Source: Chlorokybus atmophyticus (Eukaryota; Plantae; Mesostigma and Chlorokybus algae). Taken from it: a stretch of DNA of 64,000 nt. The stretch covers positions 1,002,585-1,066,584 of the forward strand of contig RHPI01002262.1 in assembly GCA_009103225.1 (NCBI GenBank), written 5' to 3'. Each line of letters opens with the position of its first letter. Position 1 is the stretch's first letter. This document shows, piece after piece, positions 1-11,890 of the stretch. The notes beneath the pieces were generated by a model. It saw only the letters and a list, made by a program, of their open reading frames with translations. It made no database searches and had not been told where the DNA came from. The position numbers and the translations under genes are program-made.

Positions 1-2
1 TC

Positions 3-401
3 ATGCCCATGAACAAGGCTAAGCAGTGTGAGTTGTACAAGCGCAACTTGGATGCGCGTGTGCGCGATCAGCTGCGATACAACACAGCAACGGGACTTCC
101 TTGGATTCTAAAGGACTTGGCTAGCGTGCGGAAGTTGAACGTGTATATGTACAATAATGACACAGCGGTGCGGGAGAAGGCACATGTGGCAGCTGCGGCC
201 AAGCCGCAGAGGGTGGGAGGAAAGCGTTACCTTCAGCCGAGTGCGCACACGGCGAAAAAGGCGAAGACATTCACGCCTCATACTGGTGGCACATCTGCTA
301 GTGGTGCTACACCAGCTGCGGCTCGCACGTGTTACGTCTGTCATCAATCGGGTCACACTGCGAAAAACTGTCCCGCCAAGAAGGGCAAGAAGGTTGAATG
401 A
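3..401 (+). CDS. gag: Gag C-terminal part with CCHC zinc knuckle (element 1)
   Basis: ORF 3..401 ends ...CYVCHQSGHTAKNCPAKKGKKVE*. Confidence 0.85.
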   Translation: MPMNKAKQCELYKRNLDARVRDQLRYNTATGLPWILKDLASVRKLNVYMYNNDTAVREKAHVAAAAKPQRVGGKRYLQPSAHTAKKAKTFTPHTGGTSASGATPAAARTCYVCHQSGHTAKNCPAKKGKKVE

Positions 402-3400
402 AATTACGCCATGACCAATGTAGATGCGCTCATAGCCAGTTGCTTGAGATGCAAACAGCAAGTTGGTTTGATGATGTGTTTCAAGTGCATGTAATCACAC
501 ATGCATGGCAAGTTGCCACTCTTTGATGTTGAAAAAGTAGAAGAGAATGCTTGTGTGCTGGTACATATGGAATATAACACGCTTACCGATGTGTTGCATG
601 CATTAACTGAGTTGCACAATTAAGTACGGAACCTTCAGTATGGTGGAGATGGTGCCCAAGTATTATGGCCCATAATCGAAGCATATTCCGGAGGGGGTCT
701 GTGTTGAAGTAATTTAGCAAGTCATGAAACATGGACAGTGCCGTTATCAACAACATTAATCAACCCTCGCCTTGGTCACGGACTTTAGGCTACATCTCAA
801 GGACGGGTGGTACCTCTGTTGTGGACATGCAGTGGCTCAATGCAGGGTGTAAGCGTATCTTTCTTGATTGGCACTGGTGCAACACACAATTTCGTTGAGG
901 AATCATTGGTTGTGCAACATGATAGTGTAAAACCTCAGCACTTTCAGCTGCCGGTGCCGGGGGTGCGTTGCCAGTGAAAGGGGAAATAAGAATGAAGGTT
1001 AAGATTGGTAATTATCATGTCACTCTTACTTTCATAGTAATATCCATCGATATATCATGTCGATGAATATGTCTCATGTCTTTATACCACATCAACACCT
1101 GGCAGACGTTGATGTGGTATTAAGACATGAACGGCATGGACATTGAAAAATGATATTGGACACTGACGCACGCTTGTGCACAGTAAAGAAAGGTCGTAAG
1201 CGTGTAACATTGTCTGTGAAAAGGTTGCATAGCTTGGAGCACAAGCAGCCCGACCCTGCGCTACTACTACTTACTGCACTGCAATTGAAATGTGCGTTGC
1301 GCAAAAATACACCGGCTTTTTTGATACACTGGACGTCATAGGACGACTTTGTGCCGGGCAATACAGAAGGTGTTGCAGACATCATTGACAAGTACCAAGA
1401 TGTGTCCTTAAATGAGTTGCTAGGCTTACCTCCTGATCGAGATGTCAGACACACAATACCACTCATTCCGTGGTAGTGAGCCTCCGTTTCGGCCTATACA
1501 TAAGCTGAGCTCAGAGAATGGGGGGAAACTCAGATTAAAGAGTTACCAGAAAAGGGATTCCGAATGAGTCATTGAACCGAGATGTTCACCCGTTCGCGCG
1601 CCCATCTTGTTTGTAATGAAAAAGAATGGAAAGCTGCGCATGTGTGTGGATTACCGTGTTTTGAATAAAATCACGGTAAAGAATCGATACCCGTTGCCCT
1701 GGAATGATGATGTGTTTGATAAACTGTCGGGGAATGCGTACATTGGTACACTGGACTTGACAAATGGGTATCATCACATTCATATTCATCCTTCTGATGA
1801 TTTACAAGACAGCATTTTTAGAAACTGTTTGTGTAACACCTTTAGGCCATTATCAATACAGAACGTTACCTTTTTTATTGACAATTGCACCTGCAGTGTT
1901 TCAGAAGGAAATGAACAAATTCTTCACTGGCATACTTGCCAAGTATGTTATGGTTTACTTGGATGACGTAGTTATCTTCAGTAAAACCAAGGAAGCACAT
2001 AAGCAGCACTCAAAAGCGATGTTTGCCTTGCTGCGTATACATTGCTTGTTTGCCAATCTTGCAAAGTGTTACTTTTGCAAGACGGAGTTGTCATTCTTCG
2101 GGCACATTATGAGCGGTGCGGGTGTTATTACTTGACCCTCGCAAAGTGCAAGATTTGAAGGATTGGCCTTAACGTAAGAGTATCCATCGGTTGCAATAAT
2201 TCTTGGGTTTGACAAACTACTTTCACACGTTTATGATAGGGTAATCGACAATAGTGGTGCCCTCAATGAAAGTATTGCAAAAAGATGCTCCATACTTGTG
2301 GACGTCTGAATAAAAAGCTGTTATGCAACAGGTGAAGCTAGCTAGCTTCAACTGCAGCTCCAATGTTGGCATTGCTAGACTATGACAAGCATGTCATTGC
2401 GGCTAGCGATGCGTCCACCCTTGGGTGTGGTGCAATACTGTTGTAAGATAGCATACCATGTGCTTATGAGAGTAGGAAGTTCATCCCAGTAGAGGTGAAC
2501 TACACTACCATTGAGCAAGAGTCGCTTAGTATAGTACATGGTCTGAAAACATGGCAATGTTACCCGAAAGGGGTTCAGTTCACAGTGGTGACTGATTGTA
2601 ATCCATTTGTGTATTTCTAAACGCAGCAAAACTTGTCACAAAACCAAGCTCGCTGGGATGAGTTTGTGTCCAGGTTTACCTTTGAGTGAGTATACCGGCC
2701 AGGCAGAACCAATGTCATTGATTCTCAGAGTCGCTATCCGTCATTATTAACAGCCGTGCGTGCGCAACTGCTTGCGACATATGGTACATTGCCACCTGAT
2801 GATGAGTTTGTGCAAGCTGTTGTGCAAGGGTATGCTTTGGACCCAAAGTTCTCGGCAGAGGACAACGTGCAATAGCTTAACATAATAGACAACATGTATT
2901 ACATGGGCACAAGTTTGGGCATACCATGCCATGCTGAGTTGCGTGTGAATTGCATAGCTGATGTACACAATCCACCATACGCTGGGCATTAAGGCAAGCG
3001 CAACACTTATTGGTGGCCATCATTGCCTGTTGACGTGAAAACGGAATGTAGACACGTGTGACCAATGTAAGCGTGACAAGCCGTTACGTAAATACCCCGC
3101 TGGGTTGCTGCGACCATTGTGAATTCTTGATGGCATTTGGGAAAATGTGAGTATGGACTCATTACTAAGCTCTCAAAGACAGCATTAGGTCACATTGTAG
3201 TTGTTGTTTTTGTGGACCGTTTAACAAAGATGGTTCACGTTGTCCCTTGTTGCACGAAAATAGACAACGATGAGTTGGTAATCATTTTTGTTGCGTCTGT
3301 GTTTAAGTTGCATGGCTTGCCTCGCATGAGAATCTCGCATGAGAATCGCGAGTTGTGGTTCAATTCTGGAAGTCGCTATGCAGCTTCTTACAAATTCAGC

Positions 3401-4150
3401 TGATCATGAGCACAGATTACACGGATGGATGGTTAGACAGAATGCGCCAATCATGTTATCGAGGAAACCATCCGGCATTATGTGAGTCCGGATCAGAGTA
3501 ATTGGGATGTTTATCTCTCAATAGCTTTGATTTGCAATAATGCATGGCAAGAGAGTGTGGCAAAAACTCCATTTTTCTTGAATTATGGAATGCATCCATT
3601 AAGTCATGCAAACATTAAGTTGCCCACTACTGATATAACTCGCGTATCTGCAGCGCCCGCAATGGCTTCGGCTATGTAGGATAGGTTAGCGCTGGCAAAT
3701 GACTGCCTGCGCGCCGCGCTAGACACACACAAAGCCCAAGCTAATGTGCATCATAGAGAGGTCAACTACGATGTGGGATGTTCGGTGCTTCTCAGACCCA
3801 AAACATATCCATACAGGGAGTGGTACCCGCAAATTTTTCCCAAGCTAAATAGGCCCTTTCAAAGTTGTTATTCGGGTCGGCACACATGCGTATCGGTTGG
3901 AGTTGCCAAATTCAATATGCATTTACAATGTGTGGATGTACTAAAACCGTAACATTCTGACGGTCGGGTTCAACCTCCTCCACCCCCCGTTGCAGTGGAT
4001 GGCGACAATGTATTCGAGTATGAGGTGGAAGCATCTGAAGTCACCATAAGCCTTGACCGGACGTGCGCCGTCTTACTTGGTGAAATGAAAAGGGTATAGT
4101 GTTGAGCACAACACGTGGGAGCCTGAACGGAATGTTATCAATTGCCAAGA
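402..4150 (+). pseudogene. pol: Broken pol of element 1: MTase-like segment, protease, RT, RNase H, integrase, chromodomain
   Basis: Domain motifs in the canonical gypsy order, spread over several frames with many stops (ORFs 1607, 1764, 3137, 3482). Confidence 0.88.
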
Positions 4151-4322
4151 GAATCTTCGGGGGTATTGAAGTGCTGTGTCCACGCGCGGACGATAACAGG
4201 GTGCTGGCAGACATCTTTACTGCTTCAACCCTGGTTCTCTCACTACTTTAGTTCTCAGTGCTCATGGTGGGGCTTTGCTAACCCTTCAATGAAGACATTG
4301 AAACCTAAGTGGGGGGGGGGAG

Positions 4323-4667
4323 TGACGGTGTGCTACCTCTAAGGGCGGGAAAGCTTTGTATAAAGGTTTCCCGCCCTTATTGCGGATTAGATAAGGGTCC
4401 CAATGGGTATATACAGCTAGTTACGCCGTATTAGGGCCGTTGACCTAGTGTGTAGGCCCAAATGTAGTGTTACTTATGTGTAAATCTGATATCGACATGG
4501 GACATGAGTCTCGTGTCGATATCAGCTGTATGGCGGCACTGCTAATGCAGTAGTCATAGCTAGGGAATCTTCTACTTGGCGGTTGCCCCTGGCGGTGAGG
4601 AAGTTGTGGCTGGAGGTGGTGTTGGGATAGAGGATTGAAGGGAGGAGGTAGCACCCCTCTCTTTACA
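4323..4667 (+). repeat. 3' LTR of element 1 (~345 bp) with two internal stem-loops
   Basis: Follows the G-rich PPT, starts TG, ends TTTACA; 3' part resembles the end of the LTR at 35727-36255 (GGTGTTGGG.TAGAGGATTGAA). Confidence 0.7.
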
Positions 4668-4741
4668 GTACTCAGGCGTGCATGTGCATGTGTGAGTGTC
4701 CTTAGAAGAATGACAAGGCAAGCGTCGAGGCAAATAGCGTG

Positions 4742-4946
4742 ATATGAGTTCATGAAGCGCATGAAATGCGCGCCCATGAACTCAAGAACTCGTTAATGAG
4801 TTATGAGACTCTTGTGCCCCTAGTGCCTTGGGCACTTGAGGGCACAAGCACTCACTAGACATGAGTTGTGAGTCACAAGCTTCTTGTCTAGTCGCTTGAA
4901 ACCCTAGCACGGCGGCGCCATCCTTGGCGTGGGGGGCGAGTGTGGT
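4742..4946 (+). repeat. Isolated copy of repeat A (205 bp) of the split-direct-repeat DIRS family
   Basis: Near-identical to 41738-41942; starts ATATGAGTTCATG and stops exactly at the A boundary GTGTGGT. Confidence 0.85.
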
Positions 4947-6415
4947 GCATTACTACACATAAGGCAGAGTTCAAGCTACGAAAGTCAAGGTTAGGTCATC
5001 CACAAGGATAGTCCGCACATGGGGGTAAAACATTGGTTGTCTCCTTCACAACGTCCACATGACTTCACGAATGCACGTGCACAAGAAGACAAAAGTCAAA
5101 TTGCACCAAGCTTGATGAGATAACTCAAGGATCAAAAAATAACCTACAACTTCTCACCGTTTACAATTATTGCACACTCTTGTTGACTGCCCACTATAAG
5201 TTGCACCCTTACACCAAGTCAATAGACTTAGGATGCAGCCATTAAGCAACTATTTTGTTATAAAGTACTTGCCAAATCAAACATTGCCCCGCAACCACGC
5301 TAATCACCGCTATCACCTGCACACATACAACTCAATTGTAAAGCAGTTTAGACAAATACAAAATACGACACAAGTACGATTACTTCCACAAACATGTATG
5401 TATGTGCTATGTTAGGCTTGTTACCACTTGACTTTGTGGTGCCCTGTAGAACGAGGCTATCACATGGCAATTTTCGTGCGGACTAATATGGAGCCCGACG
5501 TAACGGAGCACTGTCCTTGCAAAAGTACATGGCCTTTTGATAGAGGGCCTAAATGGCCCAAAACCCCACATAAGAGAGGGGAACAGAGGGGAAAACGGGG
5601 AAATATAAGCGGTTTCGCTTGCTAGGGGTCGACAATCGGCGTAATACTATTATAGGATTGCTACCGTACTGCCGGCTGCCGACTTTGACGCCGTGACCAA
5701 CTTGCTTAGGTTGTTAGTTAAGCCGTATGCTGCCGTGGTTGGACCGTGTCACGATGATGGTTGCGTGGGAATTACAAAAATTGAGATTTTCAAAAGCCAA
5801 AAATAGTAAACAGAATCGTCATTAATATATGAACTTCCCTCAGGTCTTGTCGATGGATGCGAAGTAGACATATCAAGCAGATATTCATGTTTGCCTATTT
5901 GTTAACTTAAAGCATCATGTAACTTTACCTTTATCAGATGTTTACCACCTTATATTATGTATGACATGAACAGCATAGCCTTTATTGTACCATGCTTGAT
6001 CGGCAAGCTTATAGCGTAATGTAAACTATAGCATAAAATGCGTATTTGCTGGTGAAAGTCGCAGCGATCCCCCCCCCCCTCCCCCCCCCCTTCAACATAT
6101 ACCGGATACGCACATACATGTATGTGTGCAAGCATTAATGTGCATACATGACCTAGCTACCTTGTATGGTACACCGCATGCTTGTAAAACATCCCCTCAT
6201 GCACCGTCGGTGCACGGCGTGCACGGCGGTAACTGCTGCCGACTATCGGCGGCCATGAGCTCACCGCTAAAAGCCTAATGCTAATAAGTTCCTAAGCGCG
6301 TCTAACGCCAGCTTTACTTTGGTTGGGCACTAAACACGTGGTTCAGCGAAAATAGCAGCCGCGGCGATTGGGCGGCTTATGATAGGTAAGAGCTTTCAGA
6401 CATTGGCCAAGACTC

Positions 6416-6525
6416 GACGGCCGACGTCACTGGATGACTGCAAGTGACGTCGGTCGTCAGTATATCCGCCACCGCAGAAGGGTGCAGGCGGGCGCCGAAC
6501 GCGCCCCTCAGCCTGCACCCTCTGC
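6416..6525. other. Two adjacent strong GC-rich stem-loops
   Basis: GACGGCCGACGTCACT / AGTGACGTCGGTCGTC (16 bp, one G-T pair) and GCAGAAGGGTGCAGGC / GCCTGCACCCTCTGC with an inner GGGCGC/GCGCCC stem. Confidence 0.8.
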
Positions 6526-6706
6526 TAACATGATCATAATCAAGTTATGCAATCGGTAGCTTGTGAAGCTTACCTTGCAAGGCCCTGTGAGCCTGCACGC
6601 CATTGTTGTTGTCGTTGTTGTGCTACTTGAGCAGCCGCGACGGTGGCGCTGAGCTTATTGTTGAGGCCTTTGTGGTGGTGTTCATGCTGCTAGCTGTATA
6701 GCTTAA

Positions 6707-7540
6707 GTGCTTGATGAGACTGCATATACGAGGATGGGGGAAGAGGGGGATGGTGGTGAAGTTCAGACGGGCGCTACTGCACAAGCAACGCCAGAGCAAG
6801 GCTCGCCCGCATCTGCTGCCACTCTTCAAGCAGCTGCGCATTCAGCAATGCCAACCACAGCGCCAGCGGCAGGCATTTCGGCAGCGCCTACGGGAGGTGC
6901 TGTCTATGCCAGGCCCCGCACCGCCGACCACACCGCGCTCGAGCTTTGGAGAGACGCGCAGCCTGTCACCCCACCATCTGGCCGCTTCGTGGAGTCCCTT
7001 ACAATCCGGAACAAGCTCTTCTTGTATAAGAACTCCAATGCCAACTGGTTGTGCGGTCGCACTTGCGAGCTCAAGACAGGCAGAGACACGGGATGGGTGA
7101 AGGTGAAGGTAGAGTCAGTGCTCGTGCCCATGATGCATGGTCGCCTGTCTGGGGCGTCAGTCTGTTGCATCCTCATGAGGGTAATCTGGGCATGCGTCCA
7201 CGCTCGCATGGGTTCCATATGCTGCTCCCAGTGCTACTCACTCTGTCGCTAATGCTGAGGGACATCTGCCTAAGACTTTACGCCTGCATCGAGTAAAGGA
7301 CATTGGTAATGACGCTAATACGGCGCCGACGCTGCTGGACGCCACCCTCATTCGTGATGCTGGTGATGTCATCATGGCCATGGACGGACGCATCCTCAAA
7401 TCCGGGCATGACTCGCGCCAGTATGCCTTCTAAGACCAGGCTCGTGGCAAGAACTTGGGCTTCATAGAGAAGCGCCTATTGGATAACAGGCAGGGTATTC
7501 GGTTACATGGTTACCCCCCCTTGTTATGGACACTAGCTCA
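6707..7540 (+). pseudogene. Frameshifted unknown coding relic upstream of the DIRS-like element (possible ORF1)
   Basis: Ala/Thr-rich linker then globular-looking segments (KLFLYKNSNANWLCGRTCELKTGRDTGWVKVKVESV; DAGDVIMAMDGRILKSGHDSRQYAF*DQARGKNLGFIEKRLLD). Confidence 0.35.
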
Positions 7541-7859
7541 GCTATATTAGATGCTGCTGCAGCACTCGTGTGGTCCCCACTATGCTGATATGTTTAACAA
7601 CACGCGGCCGCAAGCTTATTTGGCAGGGCTAAGGTGGACAAGCTGTTCCATGAGCGCAAGCTCGTTGCATAACTTGATGCCCTGTACAGCGAGCAAGCTC
7701 AGGTCTGCATGCGAGACCGCCCTCCCGAGCAGCAAAAGTGTGCTCACACGTGCTTCACTTGGTTGCTGGCAATGCTAGCCTAGCATTAGATTTGTTGGAG
7801 GAAGTACCTTCAAGGCCTAGCAGATGATGGGGCCTGTTTCAACGCACTTGGCAGCTGTG

Positions 7860-8400
7860 GGCTGAGGCGCATGCGCGTGTGCGCAGCTGAGTTCATATGC
7901 GTGTTTGTATGCGTGCATGTGCAGCTGCTGTGTGTCCGCTTCAAGCATGCGTGTGCAGCTGTTGCGTTATGCGTCGTGTCGCCGTTGCTCCGGCATGCAT
8001 GCGTGTGCAGCTGCGTTGTCCACTTCAAGCATGTGCGTGCAGCTGTTGCGTCATGCATCATGTCGCCGTTGATCCGGTATGCGTGTGTGTGCAACTGCGT
8101 TTGTGTCCGCTGTAAGCATGCGTGCGCGGCTGCTGCATTGTGCGTCATATCGCTGTTGATTCAGCACGTGTGTGCGTGCTGATGTATTTTGATCCGCCTT
8201 GCATATGTGTTTGCTAATACGTGTGCAACTGCATTTCTGCTCGCTTGAAGCGCATGTGTGCAGCTGCTGCGTCATGGGTCATTGTTGATTCTGCACCGCG
8301 TGTGTGCCGCTACGTGCGTGTCTTTGTCCAACATGTGTGCAGCTGGTGCGTGCTTGCGGTGGTCTTGAGGTCTGCACCAGCCGTGCGCTTGTATGCGTGT
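7860..8400. repeat. Degenerate tandem array, unit ~85 bp, TG/CA-rich
   Basis: TGTCC(G/A)CT..AAGCATG recurs at 7933, 8017 and 8104 (periods 84 and 87 bp). Confidence 0.8.
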
Positions 8401-9804
8401 GCCGCACGTGTGCCATTTGTTGCTATGAGTAGCGCGCTGGCGTGCAGCTGCTAGTAGCCATCCGCACTGTGTGTACAGTGAATCAAGTAGTAGCTATCAA
8501 TGGCCGTGCCAAGAGCTGAGCCTGCAGCTGAGGCCATTATGTCAGGAGTGTGTGCGGTGCATGCGCCTGCTGCGCACCCAAGTTATGTGCCATCTCAACA
8601 TACCGTGCTGCGTGCAGGCAGCAGCGTGGTCGCTCTGCTGTCGGGGGTCAGTAAGGGGAAGGCAAGGGGGCAACTTTACGACAAGACACCCACTACGCTG
8701 AGGAAGGTCTATCGTGGTGGAGGCCCGCGCCTCCCAACCGTGGCCGTGGCCAGTCGCGTGGACCCGAATGCGGACAACATGGCGGTGGCGCCCAGCAGTA
8801 TTTTTCGAGCCCGTACTACCCTCTTTATGGCCCATGATCAGTACCACCAGCAGCATGGGGAGGTCCACCTCCCCCATGGGTGAAGACAGAAAAACATCCG
8901 TCCCTGCCAGCTCCGCAGTAAGCAATAGCACGGTGCAGTAGCTTCGCAGTCTTTGTGCGCGGATTTTTGTATAGTGCACATGAGTAGGCATGTACATATT
9001 GTATCATAGCGTACGCTGAGAAGCATACACATGTGTGACCCTACTGTAGATTACATACACTTTGCGCTGGGCACTAGCATGCACTATCACCCAAGTGTAA
9101 TACATTACACTGTGACATGACAGTGTGCTAAGCCACTGTTGTGCTAGTAGGATACTTGATGCCAGTCGTGGCTCAGACCTTGTCGAGCTTGTTGCACACG
9201 CAATGACCATGCCAGCTCCTTTAAGCCCGGTGCTGCTATTATCGTTTAATTATGATTTGCAGCATACTTCTAAGCAATGTACTGCCATTGACATGCGGCC
9301 ATGTGATGCGCACGACAACAACTCGCCATGTGTAAAGGCGGCTACTGTACTCAAACGCCCATTAAGCGCCACAGTGTTGAGCATTGCCTCGACGGCTTTA
9401 AGAGAGCAACCCATCCATTGCGATGAGCATGCCGCGCCTGTGGAAGTGCCTCTAGCCACAAGTCTTAAAGTTCCCAACTTGCTGGATGCTTTGATACAGC
9501 AACTATTGCAGCAACGCATGCAGATGCCAGCACTTACTACCCATAGAGCTGGCGGAGCCGCCACCTGCTAATGTGGAAGTGTTGTGCTCAAATGTAGAGC
9601 AAGAGCACTTGATGCACGAATTTTGGCGTGAGCTTAACATGCTGCACACTGAGCCTGTGGATCCCGAGGGTGATGAGCATCAATGGCAACACATTGTGCG
9701 TTCCTTAACATTGGATAGCGCTCATTCTGTTGCTATTTCACCTGGTCAGCAGCAAGAAGCGCGACGCACGTGGTTGACCACTAATACAAAATAAAAAGCG
9801 TCAT

Positions 9805-11890
9805 GTGCTACACTGGTTGAGCCAAGGATATAAGTTGGATTGGGGGGGCACATCAGAAACCAAGCCAAAGAAGTTGGAAAAGGTGAAGAAGATGTTGCTG
9901 CATGAAGATTGCATTCCTAATTATGTTGAGACAATACTGCAAAGGGAAGCTCCAACTTCAATTGGATTGCGCAACAGGCAATCAGCTACACAACAGCGAG
10001 CATTAGTGCTTGACGAGTTGAACAATCTGATGCGCTCAGGTGCAATTTCTGCTGTACATCCTTCAGAGGTGAAGGTGATTGCAGGAATTAGAGTGGTTGA
10101 GAATGATAGCGGCAAGCTCCGCCTCATCATGGACCTGAGATACATCAATGCCTTTCTGGCACATATTCCCTTCAAGTATTAGCATTTCATTGCGTAATTG
10201 TACACACGCAAAGGCTACTATCGAGTGACAACGGACTTGAAGTCAGGCTATCATTATGTGCAATACATGCGGACAGCAAGCCCTACTTGGCAGTAGAATT
10301 TGAAAGAGTTGTATATACTGGTGGAATGTGCTGCCATTTGGCCTCAATCAAGCTTGCTTGCTGTTTACAAAGTTGTCCACAATCTTCACACCCTTGTGCA
10401 AGCTGGGCATAGGCTGCTTGTCATACATTGATGACATGCACCTGAGCCATGTCAATTGCCGGCATATGTGCTGGGGGCGCATCCTGCGGTTGTTGCGGCT
10501 TTTGACATGATTGGGCATGTTCGTCACTCTAAAGAAGTGTGTGCTTTGGCCGCAACTATGTGTCAAGCTGTTGGGCTTGCTCTTAGACACCGAGCGTGGT
10601 GTGTTCAGCATACCCCCTAACAAGCTATAGTGGAGCGGATTTGCAAGTTGATAAACTCGGACGTTATGACGAAGCGCATGTTGGCAAAGGTGGCAGGAAA
10701 ATTGGTGGCAATAAAATTGGCTTTGGCTCCCGCTTACATGTATGCACGCTGGCTGCTACATCTAACCACCGATTAGAATGATTGGGATGAGAATTTACAC
10801 CACCACCGTTGTTGAATTTCTTGCTATGGTTGCAGCGAAGCCTGCCGCAATCTAATTGTTTTGCATGCTAAAAGCCGCCACTTGCACATGAGTTGCGTGT
10901 TGACGCCTCTGGACCATGGGTTGGGGTGCTACAGGCGCATGGGCGGCAACGGTGGAAAATTTTGCTCCTTGGCAACAAGGTCTGCCTTCCATAATGAAGG
11001 AGGCATTGGCGTATGTAGCTGCCTTTTTGGAGTTGACACGACAGCAACTAGCATTGCGTTATGCCACTGTGAGGATCATTGGCGATCGTCAGCCCGCCGT
11101 GGCCATGCTGACGAAGCTGACAACATCGCATCCAGCAGTGCAATTGGCATTACATCATTTGTGGCAATTTTTGTAAGAATGAGACTTGGCCGTCTCCGTG
11201 GTGTGGGAGCCACGTGCGCGCGTGGTAGCTGAAGATGCGCTGTTGAAGCTGCCAGACAGAGGGAATTGGGCTTTGGCGAACACACTCACTGCGTGAATCT
11301 AATCCCTGTTTGGATTACCTTGCCTGGATGTGTTTGCAGCGGACTGGAATGCCAGATTGGCAGCATTAATGTCAGGTGTGCCGATGCCAGGAAGCGTGGG
11401 CAATGCACTAACCTCTGATTAGAGGCAAGCTTGGCTAGAGGCTGGCAAGGGGATATTATGGTTTCACCCTCTGTTCGCCCTCCTGCATCAAGCAGCTGCA
11501 TTATTGCAACATTGTTGTCTACCAGCTATTGTACTGTTGCCAAAATGGCACTTTTTTGAATGGTGGCCTGCTGTCATGGCATGGCCAAAGCGAGACACGC
11601 GTCATATGGGCAAGCACAGGGACTGGTTTATGAAAGGCACCACAGTGCCCAACAATACCATTAACCCGGGATTATACACGTACATTGTGGCTTATGTCAC
11701 ATGGGAACCAGAGGTACATACCTGTTGTGTAAGTACATCAGCATACTTTGCGCGCCTTTCCACACACCCTAAGCTTGAATGTCTTCCAGGGACACACCCA
11801 TACGCAGCGCATGCTGCGCACCACCCTGACGGAATGAGTGTAGCCCAAGGTGAGGGCGATAGATTCGGCTTCTGTAACAATGCATGGTAA
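9805..11890 (+). pseudogene. DIRS-type RT, RNase H and methyltransferase-like polyprotein (broken)
   Basis: RT 9805-10600; RNase H ~10900-11250 (IIGDRQPAVAML); MT-like 11320-11600 (LDVFAADWNARL...WFHPLFALL...VLLPKW..FEWWP). Confidence 0.8.

Larger units (their letters stand above)
1..4667 (+). mobile_element. Degenerate Ty3/gypsy chromovirus LTR retrotransposon (element 1), 5' end outside the window
   Basis: Gag zinc knuckle CYVCHQSGHTAKNC; protease-like LIGTGATHNFV at ~864-896; RT motifs ([27 protein letters not shown]); integrase (VFVDRLTKMVH); chromodomain-like relic ~4020-4140; polypurine tract 4308-4322 then LTR. Confidence 0.93.

Noticed and set aside
7810-8454. Cys/Val/Ala- and His/Thr-rich ORFs on both strands as metal-binding proteins
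   Set aside because: They are translations of the TG/CA-rich tandem array, open in several frames at once.
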